From: Ramazzottius varieornatus
Taxonomy: Eukaryota; Animalia; Tardigrada
Assembly: GCA_001949185.1 (NCBI GenBank)
Contig: BDGG01000011.1
Coordinates: forward strand, 1,474,597 to 1,538,596
Reading direction: 5' to 3'
DNA: 64,000 bases
Part shown: in pieces, positions 38,001 through 49,749 of the stretch
Layout of the letters: each line of letters begins with the position of its first letter
How positions within the stretch are numbered: the first letter of the stretch is position 1
Made by a program: the position numbers and the translations under genes
Notes under the pieces: model-generated
Databases searched by the model: none
Seen by the model: only the letters and a program-made list of their open reading frames with translations
What the model was told of the DNA's origin: nothing

Positions 38001-40279
38001 TTCTACTCTTTTGCTTAGTAAAATTGTTTTGCTTAGCAAAAATACAGTGCTCTGAAATTATACTTCTATATTTTACTACAGCTTCAAATTACTTTGAATT
38101 AATTAGTAGAACTCAGGTCCGAAAACCGCTAGTTTAAAAAGTCGAAAAAGCCGGTTTTGAGGTGGTTTTACTTCTACTTTTACTAAGTAAAACAACACCG
38201 GTGCTGTCACTTTCAAAACGCCGCATCTGCATTTGGCATAATTTATTCACTGCCCATGATGAATTAGTCTCAATAAAAGTATGGAGAGACTTTATTGCGG
38301 GTGAATAGCGAAGTGAAGAGCGGGTCAGAGTGAATAGCGGGCCTACCAAGTGTATTGTGACGGCGTGGTGGACAATTAATTTCTATTTCCAGCTTGCTGT
38401 TATTGATGGATGCTTGGCCTATCCGATGGGCATGCAGACGGCCCACCACAACCAGCCCTGCTCCAAACTAGGCCTGTCTGCATGGAGCGTTGAATTCTCC
38501 ACTCGAGTCAAAGAATACCGAACTATTTACCGCGAAGTTAGTGATGGAGCGCTGAAGTATGACCGCTGGCAGAAACCAACTTCTCTGATCCATGTCGCTA
38601 ATTAAATTCTCCCAGTGTCGCTTTTACGCGTTTCGTCGCTTGCTCACCACAACAAAACTTCTATCGCTAGCCGCGAAAGATATCTACAACTATCAATTCC
38701 ACTTATACCTGGTAGTTCGGCAAACAAAAACGATCAGATTGCTTGTCCGAGCGGCGCACGCTCACAACCAAGAGCACTGGAAGGATGTGCCGCTTGGGGA
38801 ACAATCCTGCCGAGTCTGTCCAATATAGGCGACCCCAGCGGCAAAAATGATTTTGCCTGTTTATGGCGCTGCTCACATTCTTCCCATTTCTACAATGATG
38901 AATTTTAGCGATGTCACACTTGTGTAATATTGTATGGGAGCTGTTCACGTTCCTGTTTCGACGCCGCTGATTTTCAGACTGGTAGATGGTATCAATGTTA
39001 CGCCTGCAAAATGCATCAGTTTGTAAACAAGCAGCAATATAAGCATCCTCGACCTGCAGTTCCGTACGATTGACCCAATTACAAGAGTCCATGTTGAGCC
39101 TGTTTTCTGATCAGGCCGAGCGAAGCAAGGCCCTTTTAAGTGTGTCAATACTCAACGGACGAGGAAAACGATGAAGCTTTCAGATATCGCAAAAACAGTA
39201 ATAAAAAACGACGCGCCAGTTGAGCGGGGTGGTCAGAAATTTTTATTCGCAATCCCTGGTTAGTCCGCTACGGCGGAGACGGTTGCGCTCCGACCGCCCG
39301 CCTTTGCATCTGGACCGGTGTCAACCCCAAGGGGGAAAGGAGAGAAAGGAAGGGGGAAGGGGCAAGGGGGTGTGAGGTTATTGGACAGTATACGATTCTT
39401 CTTTCTCAAAGTTTCTCTCCTTCGCTCGGCCTTCCCAGTGGTCAGAACCACTGGTAGATGCGCAAATGTATGTCGTAAAAATGCGTTTCTTATGCTTTGT
39501 AACCGGTGTGTGCACATGACTGAGACACTGAGACATTACACAAGTGCGACATCGCTAAAATTCATCATTGTAACAATGGGAAGAATGTGAGCAGCGTCAT
39601 AAACATGCAAAATCATTTTCGCCGCTGGGGCCTCCCATAAGCTTCCACAAGCACCTTGCTAACTCGGTTTATTCCTTTCTGGTCAGGATGCTTGTTATCT
39701 CGCTGGAAGAACACTTACAGTATGCCCCTGAACCAGATGGCTCTTTCGAAAGAGCATGCTGAATTTGGCAGAATATGGGTCAGGTTTTGGGACGACGAAA
39801 CTTATCTTATTCCGACTGTCCCAAGAGGTAAATAGAGGTAAATATTTTGTTCCCGACTGTCAGATGAGGGTTAGAGGTAAATTTGACCCTGCAAGGTATC
39901 AAGTAGCCTCATAGTTCTTGCACGAAGCAACGGCAACTGAAGTCACATGATGCCATGCAGGGATGTATCTTGTGAGCTGCAGAGGCTGGCTGTGGATACA
40001 GTGTAGTCGTTGCGTAGTACGACGAACCACTACCACAGTGTGCGCATGTGCTGCTTGAGCGACAAAATTATTGATTATTCTGGCTGAGAATATTAGTGCT
40101 GCCGAAGTGCTGATGTGCCCATATAACAACACTTTCCGTACGGATCTTGCTCTTAAATCCATGTCTAACTGTCTCAGTGCAGCCTCATGACACATGCATA
40201 CATGGTTTTTTCATCCAGCTCAGTAAGGACAATGACAACTGCTGAATATTCGTGCTTTGTGTGGCAAAAGGATAACATA

Positions 40280-41881
40280 ATGGCCCGACTTTGGGACAGA
40301 CTGCCGTATGGCGTTCGGATGGAGATACTGCAGGGTTTGGACATCAGAACTTATCGACGTCTCAGCCGGTATGAAAGACTGCCATAATGGACCTTCATCG
40401 ACAAAAAATCAAAATCGTGTATGGGGGTAAACGCACATTGACATTTCAGAGTATCCCATGCATGGAGGAACGATATCTCACTTATATACCGGTCCAATAA
40501 AGGGACATTATTTATGACATGGAAAGATATCCAATGGCCTACAGACGACAGCGGTACCAGCAGAAGACTCCAGTGGATCGAGACACACTTCGACGGCTTG
40601 TCCTGGTCTGAACTCATGGGCGACAGCACTGTCCCAGTTCGACACATCATTTGTGATGGAGCCTTTCCATTTGTCTACTGGGTGAGATTGCACCAAGATG
40701 GTCCGCTACCAGAACTGAAGACCACCTTTTTCACGTTCCCGAATCGCCTCATTCGCATTACAGTAATTAACCTCAGGTGGGATTATGTTAGAGAACTGTT
40801 TAACTCGGATGAAGATGGACGTCCAATTTGGCCTGAGCGCGACGCGAAAGTCAAAGAATTGCTGTTAAATGTCACAGACTGTTTGGTTTTCCGACGTATG
40901 GTGGTGAATCCTCGTCATGCCCTTCGACCGCTGTGGTACAGTGGACCACGAGGGAACGTGCCCCTACCCGGTGTTAGCCTGTACAGGTGGACAATTTCCC
41001 GAGAAGATGGTTTGTTCCGCGTTCCCTTCCAGCAACTTTGCATTCCGGAAGTCGTATTTGACATGAAAGTCTTCCAAGAATACTGCAACAAGACGGACGG
41101 CTTTTTCTACTGCCTACCATGGATGAGCGACGCCATAGCTCGTAGTGATATATTGTGGAAATATCCCCCGGCTCAGTCGCAATGGCTACAACAATGTTTA
41201 AACATATTATCCTCCCACACTAAATCCAAGAAATTTGACGACGGAATGGATTACTGGACGCGCGATGCAGTCAAAACACGACTAGATGGTTCATTACAGT
41301 GGTAAGTAATCCACCGCTTTCAAGAACACAGTTGCATCCTAAGATTAGTAACCGTTCAAATAAATTAGTGCGGTGAAATTTGAAAAAATTCGTTTGGTTG
41401 TTTTTCCAGGCGAGAGTCTCTTCGTCTTCGAAACAACACTTTTTCCAAAACTAACGTCCATTTCGAGGGTTACTTCTTTGACACACTCGAATGCGAAGTT
41501 TTTGCACAATGGTTTCTGGCGACAAGGGACTGGAGCTTTCGTCATTCTTATTTCAAGGATGATGAGGAACTGAGAATTATCAGCCATACTCCGTTCTCTG
41601 CGGTTCATCCGGATTACCCACCCCCTCCATTCTCGATGGTCGGGATCAAGCCGGAGAACCGATCAGAGTACGGCGACGACAATTGGCTCAACAAGTACCG
41701 TTGGTGCAGTACAGTACGAGCCCAGGCAAATCTCGTTCCTTTTCCATCGTGTACGGATGTCCAGATATTGTTATGGGAGCTGAAAGAAGTTCTACGACAA
41801 AGGTGCAACAGAAAACAAATTGCATTCGAAATAAAAATGGCTCGGCTCAGGCTACTACTTCGACGCTGGCGAGAACGTTGA
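40280..41881 (+). CDS. F-box protein with unrecognised C-terminal region (~470 aa)
   Basis: Spliced N-terminus MARLWDRLPYGVRMEILQGLDIRTYRRLSRVSHAWR is a canonical F-box. Exons 40280-40368, 40450-41301 and 41410-41881 join in frame without stops through GT-AG introns. Confidence 0.82.
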
Positions 41882-42793
41882 TATCATCGTCTCGTCCGGT
41901 GGGTACTGTGTGCTTTTTTTTCTTGAATACACCTTCGCATCTGCGCACCATAACAGTAGATTTTGCGTTGGCAGTAATCTTTCATCAACAATCGACAATA
42001 AACAATGGACAACTGGAGGCTTTCAGCACGAAGCTTTTCGTGTTCGGGGAATACTACCGTCCTCATCGTGTATACAAGGGTTTGATTGGCTGAAGGCACG
42101 GGATGAAGGCGGCCCTAGCCACTAGCCAATTCTCCTAATCTTGAAATTAGGAGAATTGGCAGGCCGTGAGGAGCAACTTCCACAAAGTAGACTGAGCCAT
42201 CTTATTTTTTTCTGAATGCCGGAATGGTCTTCAGATTCCTTCCAGGCATGGTTTCGGTAGAGGAATTTCTCCTCTGTGTTTCAGATTTTTGGTGGACGGA
42301 TTCCGTAGATGAGTGCAGAGTGAGGAGATGAAACCTGAAATTTCGCCAGTCCCACCGGAAACTGGAAAACTTTTCTCCAACGTCCGAGGGTCTCACGGAC
42401 CGCTGGTCATCTGTCTCATTTTGGGGATAAAACCGAGCTAGAGGCAAACAAAAAAATCCCAGCTAGAAAGACCCAAGGGTAAGACTAGGAGGCGAAAAAC
42501 GCGGACGATTGTATACACAAAGAGGACGGTCGTACGCAAAGTGTTAAATAGAGTCACTGTTTGTAGTGTAGGTCCGACCCGACCGGGTCGACGACCATGT
42601 GGTCGTTTGGTCGATGGTCGACCCGCGGGTCGACAGATTGCTAGAATATCTATGCTTGTTCACACATTTCAACGTGGAAACAGTGACGGTACTGGACCCA
42701 AGGTCCAACGTGTCCATTCTGACACCGGATGAGAAAGAAAGAGTACTACCACATATAGGTGAAACGCTGGAGAGATACCAGACTGCTACGAGG

Positions 42794-42940
42794 TAAATTC
42801 TGTGAACAGTTCATACAGCGAAACTTACTGGCCGCCCGAAGACTTATTCAGCCTTTGACTGTCTTAACGAGTAAATAACTATAGAGAAACGATGATGGGG
42901 AGAGAGGTCAAATTTTGCTGTGAACTGTTCACATAATTTA
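42794..42940. mobile_element. Small MITE-like inverted repeat inside the hAT element
   Basis: TAAATTCTGTGAACAGTTCATACAGCGAAACTT versus reverse complement of AAATTTTGCTGTGAACTGTTCACATAATTTA. Confidence 0.45.
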
Positions 42941-42974
42941 TTTGGTGACAGAAACGACACTCAGCGCCAAGGTA

Positions 42975-44943
42975 CTGTAACCCTTCTAACATCTTTAGTA
43001 CGTCACTGGTCTTTTGCTTAAGAGAAGCATTACGAAGGCAACCGCTTGGTCAGATTACAGTTACGTCAGAGCAACCTCAGCAACAGATAAAAAACGTTGG
43101 AAACATGGAAGTATCAGCCGAGTAGAGAGAAATGACGGGAAGTAAAAAAGTGTTCAGCTTACATCATCGTCGAAGCCAACCACATTTTCTGCAAATTGAG
43201 AAATCTGTATCAGCTCAGTTTCCGACGGTTCTTCAACTGGCACATCCATCCACAGCTCATCTACAATCTTGCACTTATGAAAGCAGTTAACAATAGTCGA
43301 CGGCTTCACGAGTTTCCACGCTTCTACCAGCCAATCCACTGCATCGAAAATCGTCAGGCCTTTCACAAAACTTTCAACGTTGCTTACATGCTGCATATTT
43401 GTGAACACTCGTTTATAAAGAAACTTTTTGTACTCGTCTTTCAGACATTTTATAATGCCCGCATCGCATGGCTGCGCTTTTGCGGTACAGTTAGGCGGCA
43501 AAAACCGTAGCTCTATGTTGGGACGAGAAGTGACGTTGTGTCCAGAAAAATTGTCCACTAGGAGCAGAATGTGACGTTCTTCCTTGACCATTAAAGCGTT
43601 AAACCAGTCCAAGTATTCTTCAAAGATGACCGTAGTCATCCAGGCAGTCTTGTTGTACGAATAGTTGAAACCGTAGTCGTCGGAGTTGATGTTGAATACT
43701 GCATTCCGTTCGAAAGATCGAGGCTGAGCAGATGTATCTATAACCGACAAGAATTTGAATTTGTCTTCTGCTCTTTGTAATTTCAAACCTCAAATTTTTC
43801 TAGTTCCAAACTTACTGATGATCCATAGAGGAAGCTTGCGCCCTCCGCCGGAAACAGATATATGAGCCGTAATTCGATCCTTCGCTATCTTGATTCCTTT
43901 GTCCTGTTTATTGCCAAAAACAAGAGACTTGGTCCCGGCATTCCTCCACCATATTCCGGTCTCATCGCAGTTCCAAATATTCTCCGGATGGATAAGTTCC
44001 AAAAGGGCTGGCAAGTCAACGGTAAGCCACTGCTCTAAGGCTATCAAATCTGTACTAGATTCCTCTCCTGTGAAAGTCAAAGTGTTCCTCGGTTATTCCC
44101 CAGCCTTCGCACAGTTCTCTCACATGAAATATAACTAGAGTAAGTTAAAAGTTACCATGAAGCTGTTTGAGGTTCACGTTGTGGCGACCACGTACCATCC
44201 CCAGCTGCATCGAAAGTCGGCAATTGCTAAAGTCGACGCAACAAACGTAGCGACGTTCATGAGGAAAACTGGGCGAACTGGGATTCGTTTCTCGCGAGCC
44301 ATTTTTAAGAATTTCAGACACTGTTCGTCAATCTGCGGAAACTGCAAGTTGACTTTTGTCGTTTTCCGGTTCGGGTTTGCGCCATTCGCCAGCGCGAATC
44401 TGATCTCTTCTTTCTTCTGACAAATCCCTATCACACCGTATACCGATAGACCACACTCGTCAGCAATCTGCTGGAACGATGCCTAAAAACCAGCAAGAAC
44501 CACTCAATTCGGGAACAGTATCCAGTGCGTAGGATACGGCATAATTTCATGTACTGTACAAAAATTACCTGTTGCACTTCTCTCTTGAAGATAATCAAGG
44601 CCTTCTGACCTAACGTCGGTTTCTCCTGCACAATCCTCTTTCTCTTCCTAATCTCGATATATGACGTCTTTCGCACCTTCCCCATCATGGATACTGTAGA
44701 AGCACTGTTGGTCGACACTGAAGTGTTGGAATGAGGAAACAAGGATCAGTGGTGAACCGGGATTCTCAAAACGCATTCGGAATTTGGAAACTGGAAATTA
44801 GCTTATTTCAGCAGTCTATTGTCAGATCTGACGTAACTGTGAGATCACTATGGTAGGCGTGCTTGAAGCACTGCAAACTCTCTTTTTTCGCGACATGTAG
44901 ATTTAACTTGAGTGACGTACTAAAGATGTTAGAAAGGTTACAG
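42975..44943 (-). mobile_element. pogo/Tigger-type DNA transposon nested in the hAT element
   Basis: TIRs CTGTAACCCTTCTAACATCTTTAGTACGTCACT and inverse, with TA TSD. CENP-B-type HTH (FPQIDEQCLKFLKMAREKRIPV...FRCSWGW), IWNCDETG, LLLVDNFSGH...FLPPNCTAKAQPCDAGII (DD29D). Reading frame broken by intron-like segments or frameshifts. Confidence 0.92.
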
Positions 44944-47269
44944 TACAAGCAAACCCGGCATATGCGACCGGGCGCTGAAAAAAGCTCAGGCGAGAGCCAG
45001 TGGTGGTTCTGGACCAGTATCCACATTAGCCACAACCTCCGCCAGCACTTCGTATGTCTCACTTGATGCCGACAACTTGGACGCGTACATACTGAACAAA
45101 CCGGCCAACGCCCAAATTGATCCAATTGAGTGGTGGAAACGGAATGGGGCGAAGTATGGTAACCTGCAGTCGATGGCCTTTGACCATATGGTCATTCAAG
45201 CCACTGCAATTGCGTCCGAACAGACCAATTCACTGGGCTGTATGCTTATACACTACAACCGGTCGAAGATGCAAGCGCTTACAATCAGGGCGTCCATAAG
45301 CTTGAGGTCGTGAGAAGGATCTTTCCTTGAGCATGACCCGGATGAGAACGACGAGGAATGGATAAAAGATGAAGTTGTGGAAGACTCTGAGGATCAAGAC
45401 AATGACTGCTGGGAAACTACCGACGATGAATCAGTGCCGGACGACGTGTTCGCCGATTAGTGTATTTGTTCCTTTTATCATTTTTTCTACCTTTTACCTG
45501 CGTCAAATCTGAAGCGAAGTCTACAATATCCATACATCAGACAAAAGTCAATATCACGAGAACGCTCACGTACCCACTCGTCAGCCTCATGAGATTCCCG
45601 AGCCTTTATGGCCCTTTAAATCCTAACATTGCGATGACCACAGGGTCGATCGACCATCGACCAAACGACCACATGGTCGTCGACCCGGTCGGGTCGGACC
45701 TACACTAACTGTTTGAATGTTCGTCTACGCCTCTACGGTATGCCCAAGACGTGATTAACGTTTCGCTTGCTCCCACTGGCAGTGGCCTTTACAGCTACAG
45801 CACAAAAACCCTGCAGTGTGTTGTACAAAATGTTATCGGTTTCTGGCTCGGAATTTTCGTGCTGATATTTTTGCCTTCCGTTTAAAGGCTCGTCTCGGAG
45901 CTCTGCATGGTTTGCTGTATGCAGGCTAGGTGGTACGATGTCGACCAAATACCAGCCGTTTGCATGAAATAAAATTCTTGAAAATTATTCGGGAATTAAA
46001 ATTAAATTTTAATTCAGGAGACCGCGAACTTTTAATTAAGTGAAAGTTTTACTTGTTAATTTTGGAGCCGTAAGTGATTAAAATCAGGATTTTTTGGGAG
46101 GTTTAGTTAACAGTAAGTAAAAGTAAAACTCGGAGAGTCATAGTGAAACAACACTGACAGCACAAATGTTCGATCCGATTTATAACAACCATACCACACA
46201 AATGACCACTATCCTGAATACGGTATGAAGTTACATGGCGAGGTTGAAATCTTCCCTTCGGCTGGACTTTCAAACTTTAAAATTCTGGTATCACCAAATT
46301 GTCCAGAACGAAACACGGCAAATGAACCACGCAGTTCTCTGTTCCAAGGGGCGCACGCTGTCAGCCAATAACACTGAAAGCGTGCGCCACTTGGATAACA
46401 ATCTTGTCGAGGTTGTTTGACGAGCTCTCAAATACAGTAATAATCCCCACTTCTTTAGTACGTTACAGGCAGAGCCGCGTATTAAAGAATGTGCGAAGAG
46501 CTTCAAATTTGTTTCTAGAGACTCAAACAAACGTAGAAAAAAGCCAAGGTGCCGCTCGACAGCACGGCCAGTTGTCACACGATTGTGGTGAGGCATACAT
46601 TTACCATTTACAAACTACTTACTAGCACGCTTTAGCGTTTCGAAACCCGCTTTGTGACGTACCAAAGAAGCAGTGTGGGTAGACCATAGTGTTAAATGTG
46701 CGTAGAGCAATAATAACGAAAACGTCGAACAACGGTCTGAACGCTGATTGGAGTAGGGGCAGAAGAAGCCCGACACGCCCTTCGGATTGGATGACGTCAC
46801 GCTTTACTAAACATAAATCGTAAAACACATAAAAAAATGTAAGAAACAAACACAATTCATCGGGAGGGGTCACGGGTGAATTTTATCCTTGGGTTTCCTA
46901 ACAACTTTTGTTTCTTTGGGTTTCGGAAGCTTTTCAACTTGAGTGCGACGCTTCGTTCAGAAATACAGCCGACATTTGAAGAAAAACTGGGCAAGACCAA
47001 GGATCACGTTTTTGATACCGCAATAGTCTACAGAGCCGAAATTCTTCTTTCCAAATCTTAAGGATATTTTCCGAAGCTCGGGAATTTCGTATGTCTTCCT
47101 ACCGATGATGGTTTTGTGAGTCTGAGAAACAAACCAGAAATGAGTTTCGGGTTTGGTCACACGTGTATTACTAGAAAAATGAATTTATTGATGTTTCGAA
47201 AAAAACTAGACCTCAATTGAACAGTAAGGGAACCGGTCAAACTCGATACGAAATTGTAACGAGTATTGT

Positions 47270-49540
47270 CACCTCGGGGCACCGTATTTCTCGGATTACC
47301 AACCCCCGAGATGATCTGGAAAAGATGGTTAATGACCATCAACGTTGTAGCTAGCCCGGACAGTACTCATACACAAGGGGGGTGGCGTCACAGACGCAAA
47401 AATCTACAGGCCGATTTCCGTCTGTTCGGTCATACGGAGGGTTCTGGAGCGCGTTGTCGATCGCCATCTTTGTCGGTACGTTCCAATCAGTCGGTTCCAG
47501 CAAGGGTTTACAAGCGCACCAGGTACCCATGTCAACGCTTCTATCATCGGATCCATACTGAAGAAAGCGCAGGCCGAGAAGTCCACAACCGTCATCGTCC
47601 TTCTCGATATCAAACGCGCCTTTGAAGAAGTCCCTCACGTTCACCTCAAGAAAACCCTGGAAGCCAGTCGCCTCCCTACAGCAGTCCGTAATTTTGTCCT
47701 GTCTTTGCAGAACAATAACAGAGCCCAGCTGGAAGTGAACGGCCAAAGGTCCAGAGTCATCCCGGTCAGGAAAGGTGTCTTCCAAGGCGCGCCACTGTCA
47801 CCCGCACAGTACAACATCGCGACGGATTACGTCACGGGCAACCTGACCCAGGTGCCCATTGCGGAAGAGTATGGCGTTCCCTTGTGTGGGGGAGGACAGC
47901 CCGTTACATTTGTCGGTTTCGCCGATGATTCAGCCGTCATAGCGAAGTCTCGCGAAGCCGCAGTTCAGCTGACCGAGATGGCCATCGGGTTATTGGGGGA
48001 GATTGGGTTGGACGTCAGCCCTACGAAGTCCAAAGCCATCATTCTGGAGAAAGGTGTTCTGTCCGAAGTTTCGTTATGTTTGCTTTCAGGTAGCGTCATC
48101 GAAGCCACGAAGAAACGGGAGAAGGTCCGATACCTTGGGGCGACAATGACAGACCAGCTCGACTTCGACCAAGAGAAAGTCATCCGGCAGCTGACAGATC
48201 AAGGGGATCGCCTCGTCCACTTCGCGCACCTTCACGCCGACCAGAAATTGAACCTTCCCAACCAATGGCTATGGCCATCCATCATCTACCCACTTCAGAC
48301 TGCGCCTATCAACACCATCCCGAAGACCTTCCTGAATACTGTGGACAAGATCGTGAAGAGTGCTGTTCGAGAAATACTGCAGCTGCCAACTGATACACCG
48401 GAAGCCTTCATGTACGCCCCACGGAAGTACAGGGGCCTCGGCCTGATGCGCGCAGTTTGGGAGGCGCAGCTCCAGCATATCTCCATCTGCCACGCTCTGC
48501 TGAGAGACGGAAACCCGTACGTCGTGAATGTTCGAGACCTAGCTGATGAGATCAAGTCGTCGATAGCAGCGCTAAATGTCCCGGCCGATAGGCATCCACC
48601 ACGCTTCAACGAGTACGGCGTACCCGTCAACCCGACACGAAAGATCCGAGAAGAGCTGCGCGTGAGAGAATTCGAGCGTTGGTCCCAGATGCCCCGTGCA
48701 AGTGGAGTCGGCCACTTTAGAGTCAACAACCAGTCGAATAAGTGGGTCTACAACCGGAGTGGACTGACCAACAGTGAATGGATATCGAGCCTCAAGGTGA
48801 CAGTGAATGGTGCCCCAGTCAGTAGCTTTCATGGAAGGAGTAAGGACGGTCCAGCATGCAGAGCTCCAGGCCGTGAAGCTGAGAAAGAAACCCTGTCGCA
48901 TGTCCTTGGTTCCTGCCGTAAAGGTTCTCTGCTGAGAAACGCTAGACACAACCGTGTACGAACGATGGTGGCCGATGCATTCCGAGAAAAGAATGGATTA
49001 GAGGTGTACGAAGAGGTGCCCTGTACCGCCACGGACGATAGCTTAAGACGGATCGATATCATCGTCATCGACCGTGGGAAAAAGCAAGCCTGGGTCGTGG
49101 ACCCAACAGTTCGGTACTAGGGTGGAGAACAACAAGCCACTGAAGTCGATGAAGAGAAAAAGGAGTATCTACGAGCCGTGTGTGCCTGACCTGAAGGAAG
49201 TATGGAATGGAAGGATTTGAGGTGGAAGTGATGGGTCTCTACGTCGGAGCGCGTGGAACGATCTCTAGTTTCTTTGTAGAGTTTTGTAGAAGATTTCCCT
49301 TGGCGAGGGATCTGATGAACTGTATTGTGATAGCCGTGCTCAAAGGCTCGTGCATTCTTCACAATCATCTTTATAGCCAGCAGCCCGTCACTGCGGTCTG
49401 AATGTGTACCAATCTCGATCTCAGACATTTTTCTTCAGAATAACGATATTTTACCATGACGAATACCTTTTGGCTGATCCTCGCTTACAGTCTCCATGTG
49501 GCAAACCATGGTTGTTGGTCTGTGCAAACTCATAATAAAG
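47270..49540 (+). mobile_element. 5'-truncated RLE-type non-LTR retrotransposon (R2/R4/NeSL-like), decayed
   Basis: RT motifs RPISVCSVIRRVLE, QQGF, LLDIKRAF, GVFQGAPLSP, FADD, RYLG, GLGL. Zinc knuckle C..ETLSHVLGSC and RHN. RLE RRIDII...VDPTVRY. Stop at 49118 and a frameshift downstream; AATAAA at ~49534. Confidence 0.9.
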
Positions 49541-49749
49541 TTTGATTTATCAGCCAGCAAATGGTCCACTCTCCACCGTCAAAGGCTCGAGCCGAGCACT
49601 TACTCGGTAAACAGAGGCAAAGGGATACAGGGGGGGTAGAGGGGACGAAGATAGCAAGGGATGCCGGAGAGCTGGAAAATCTGGTAGCCTGCCGGAAATC
49701 TAATGCAGCACACCACCAGCGCCAATCAATAATCAAAAACTTACCCAAA

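Larger units (their letters stand above)
42564..45707 (+). mobile_element. hAT DNA transposon, internally deleted
   Basis: Long TIRs TAGTGTAGGTCCGACCCGACCGGGTCGACGACCATGTGGTCGTTTGGTCGATGGTCGA and inverse. Perfect 8-bp TSD ACTGTTTG (42556-42563 and 45708-45715). hAT dimerisation remnant DPIEWWKRN...LQSMAFDHMVIQATAIASEQ at 45077-45313. Confidence 0.92.

Noticed and set aside
10610-41881. Functional clustering of CSN5 (cullin deneddylase) with F-box genes
   Set aside because: Separated by unrelated genes; F-box genes are numerous, so proximity is expected by chance.
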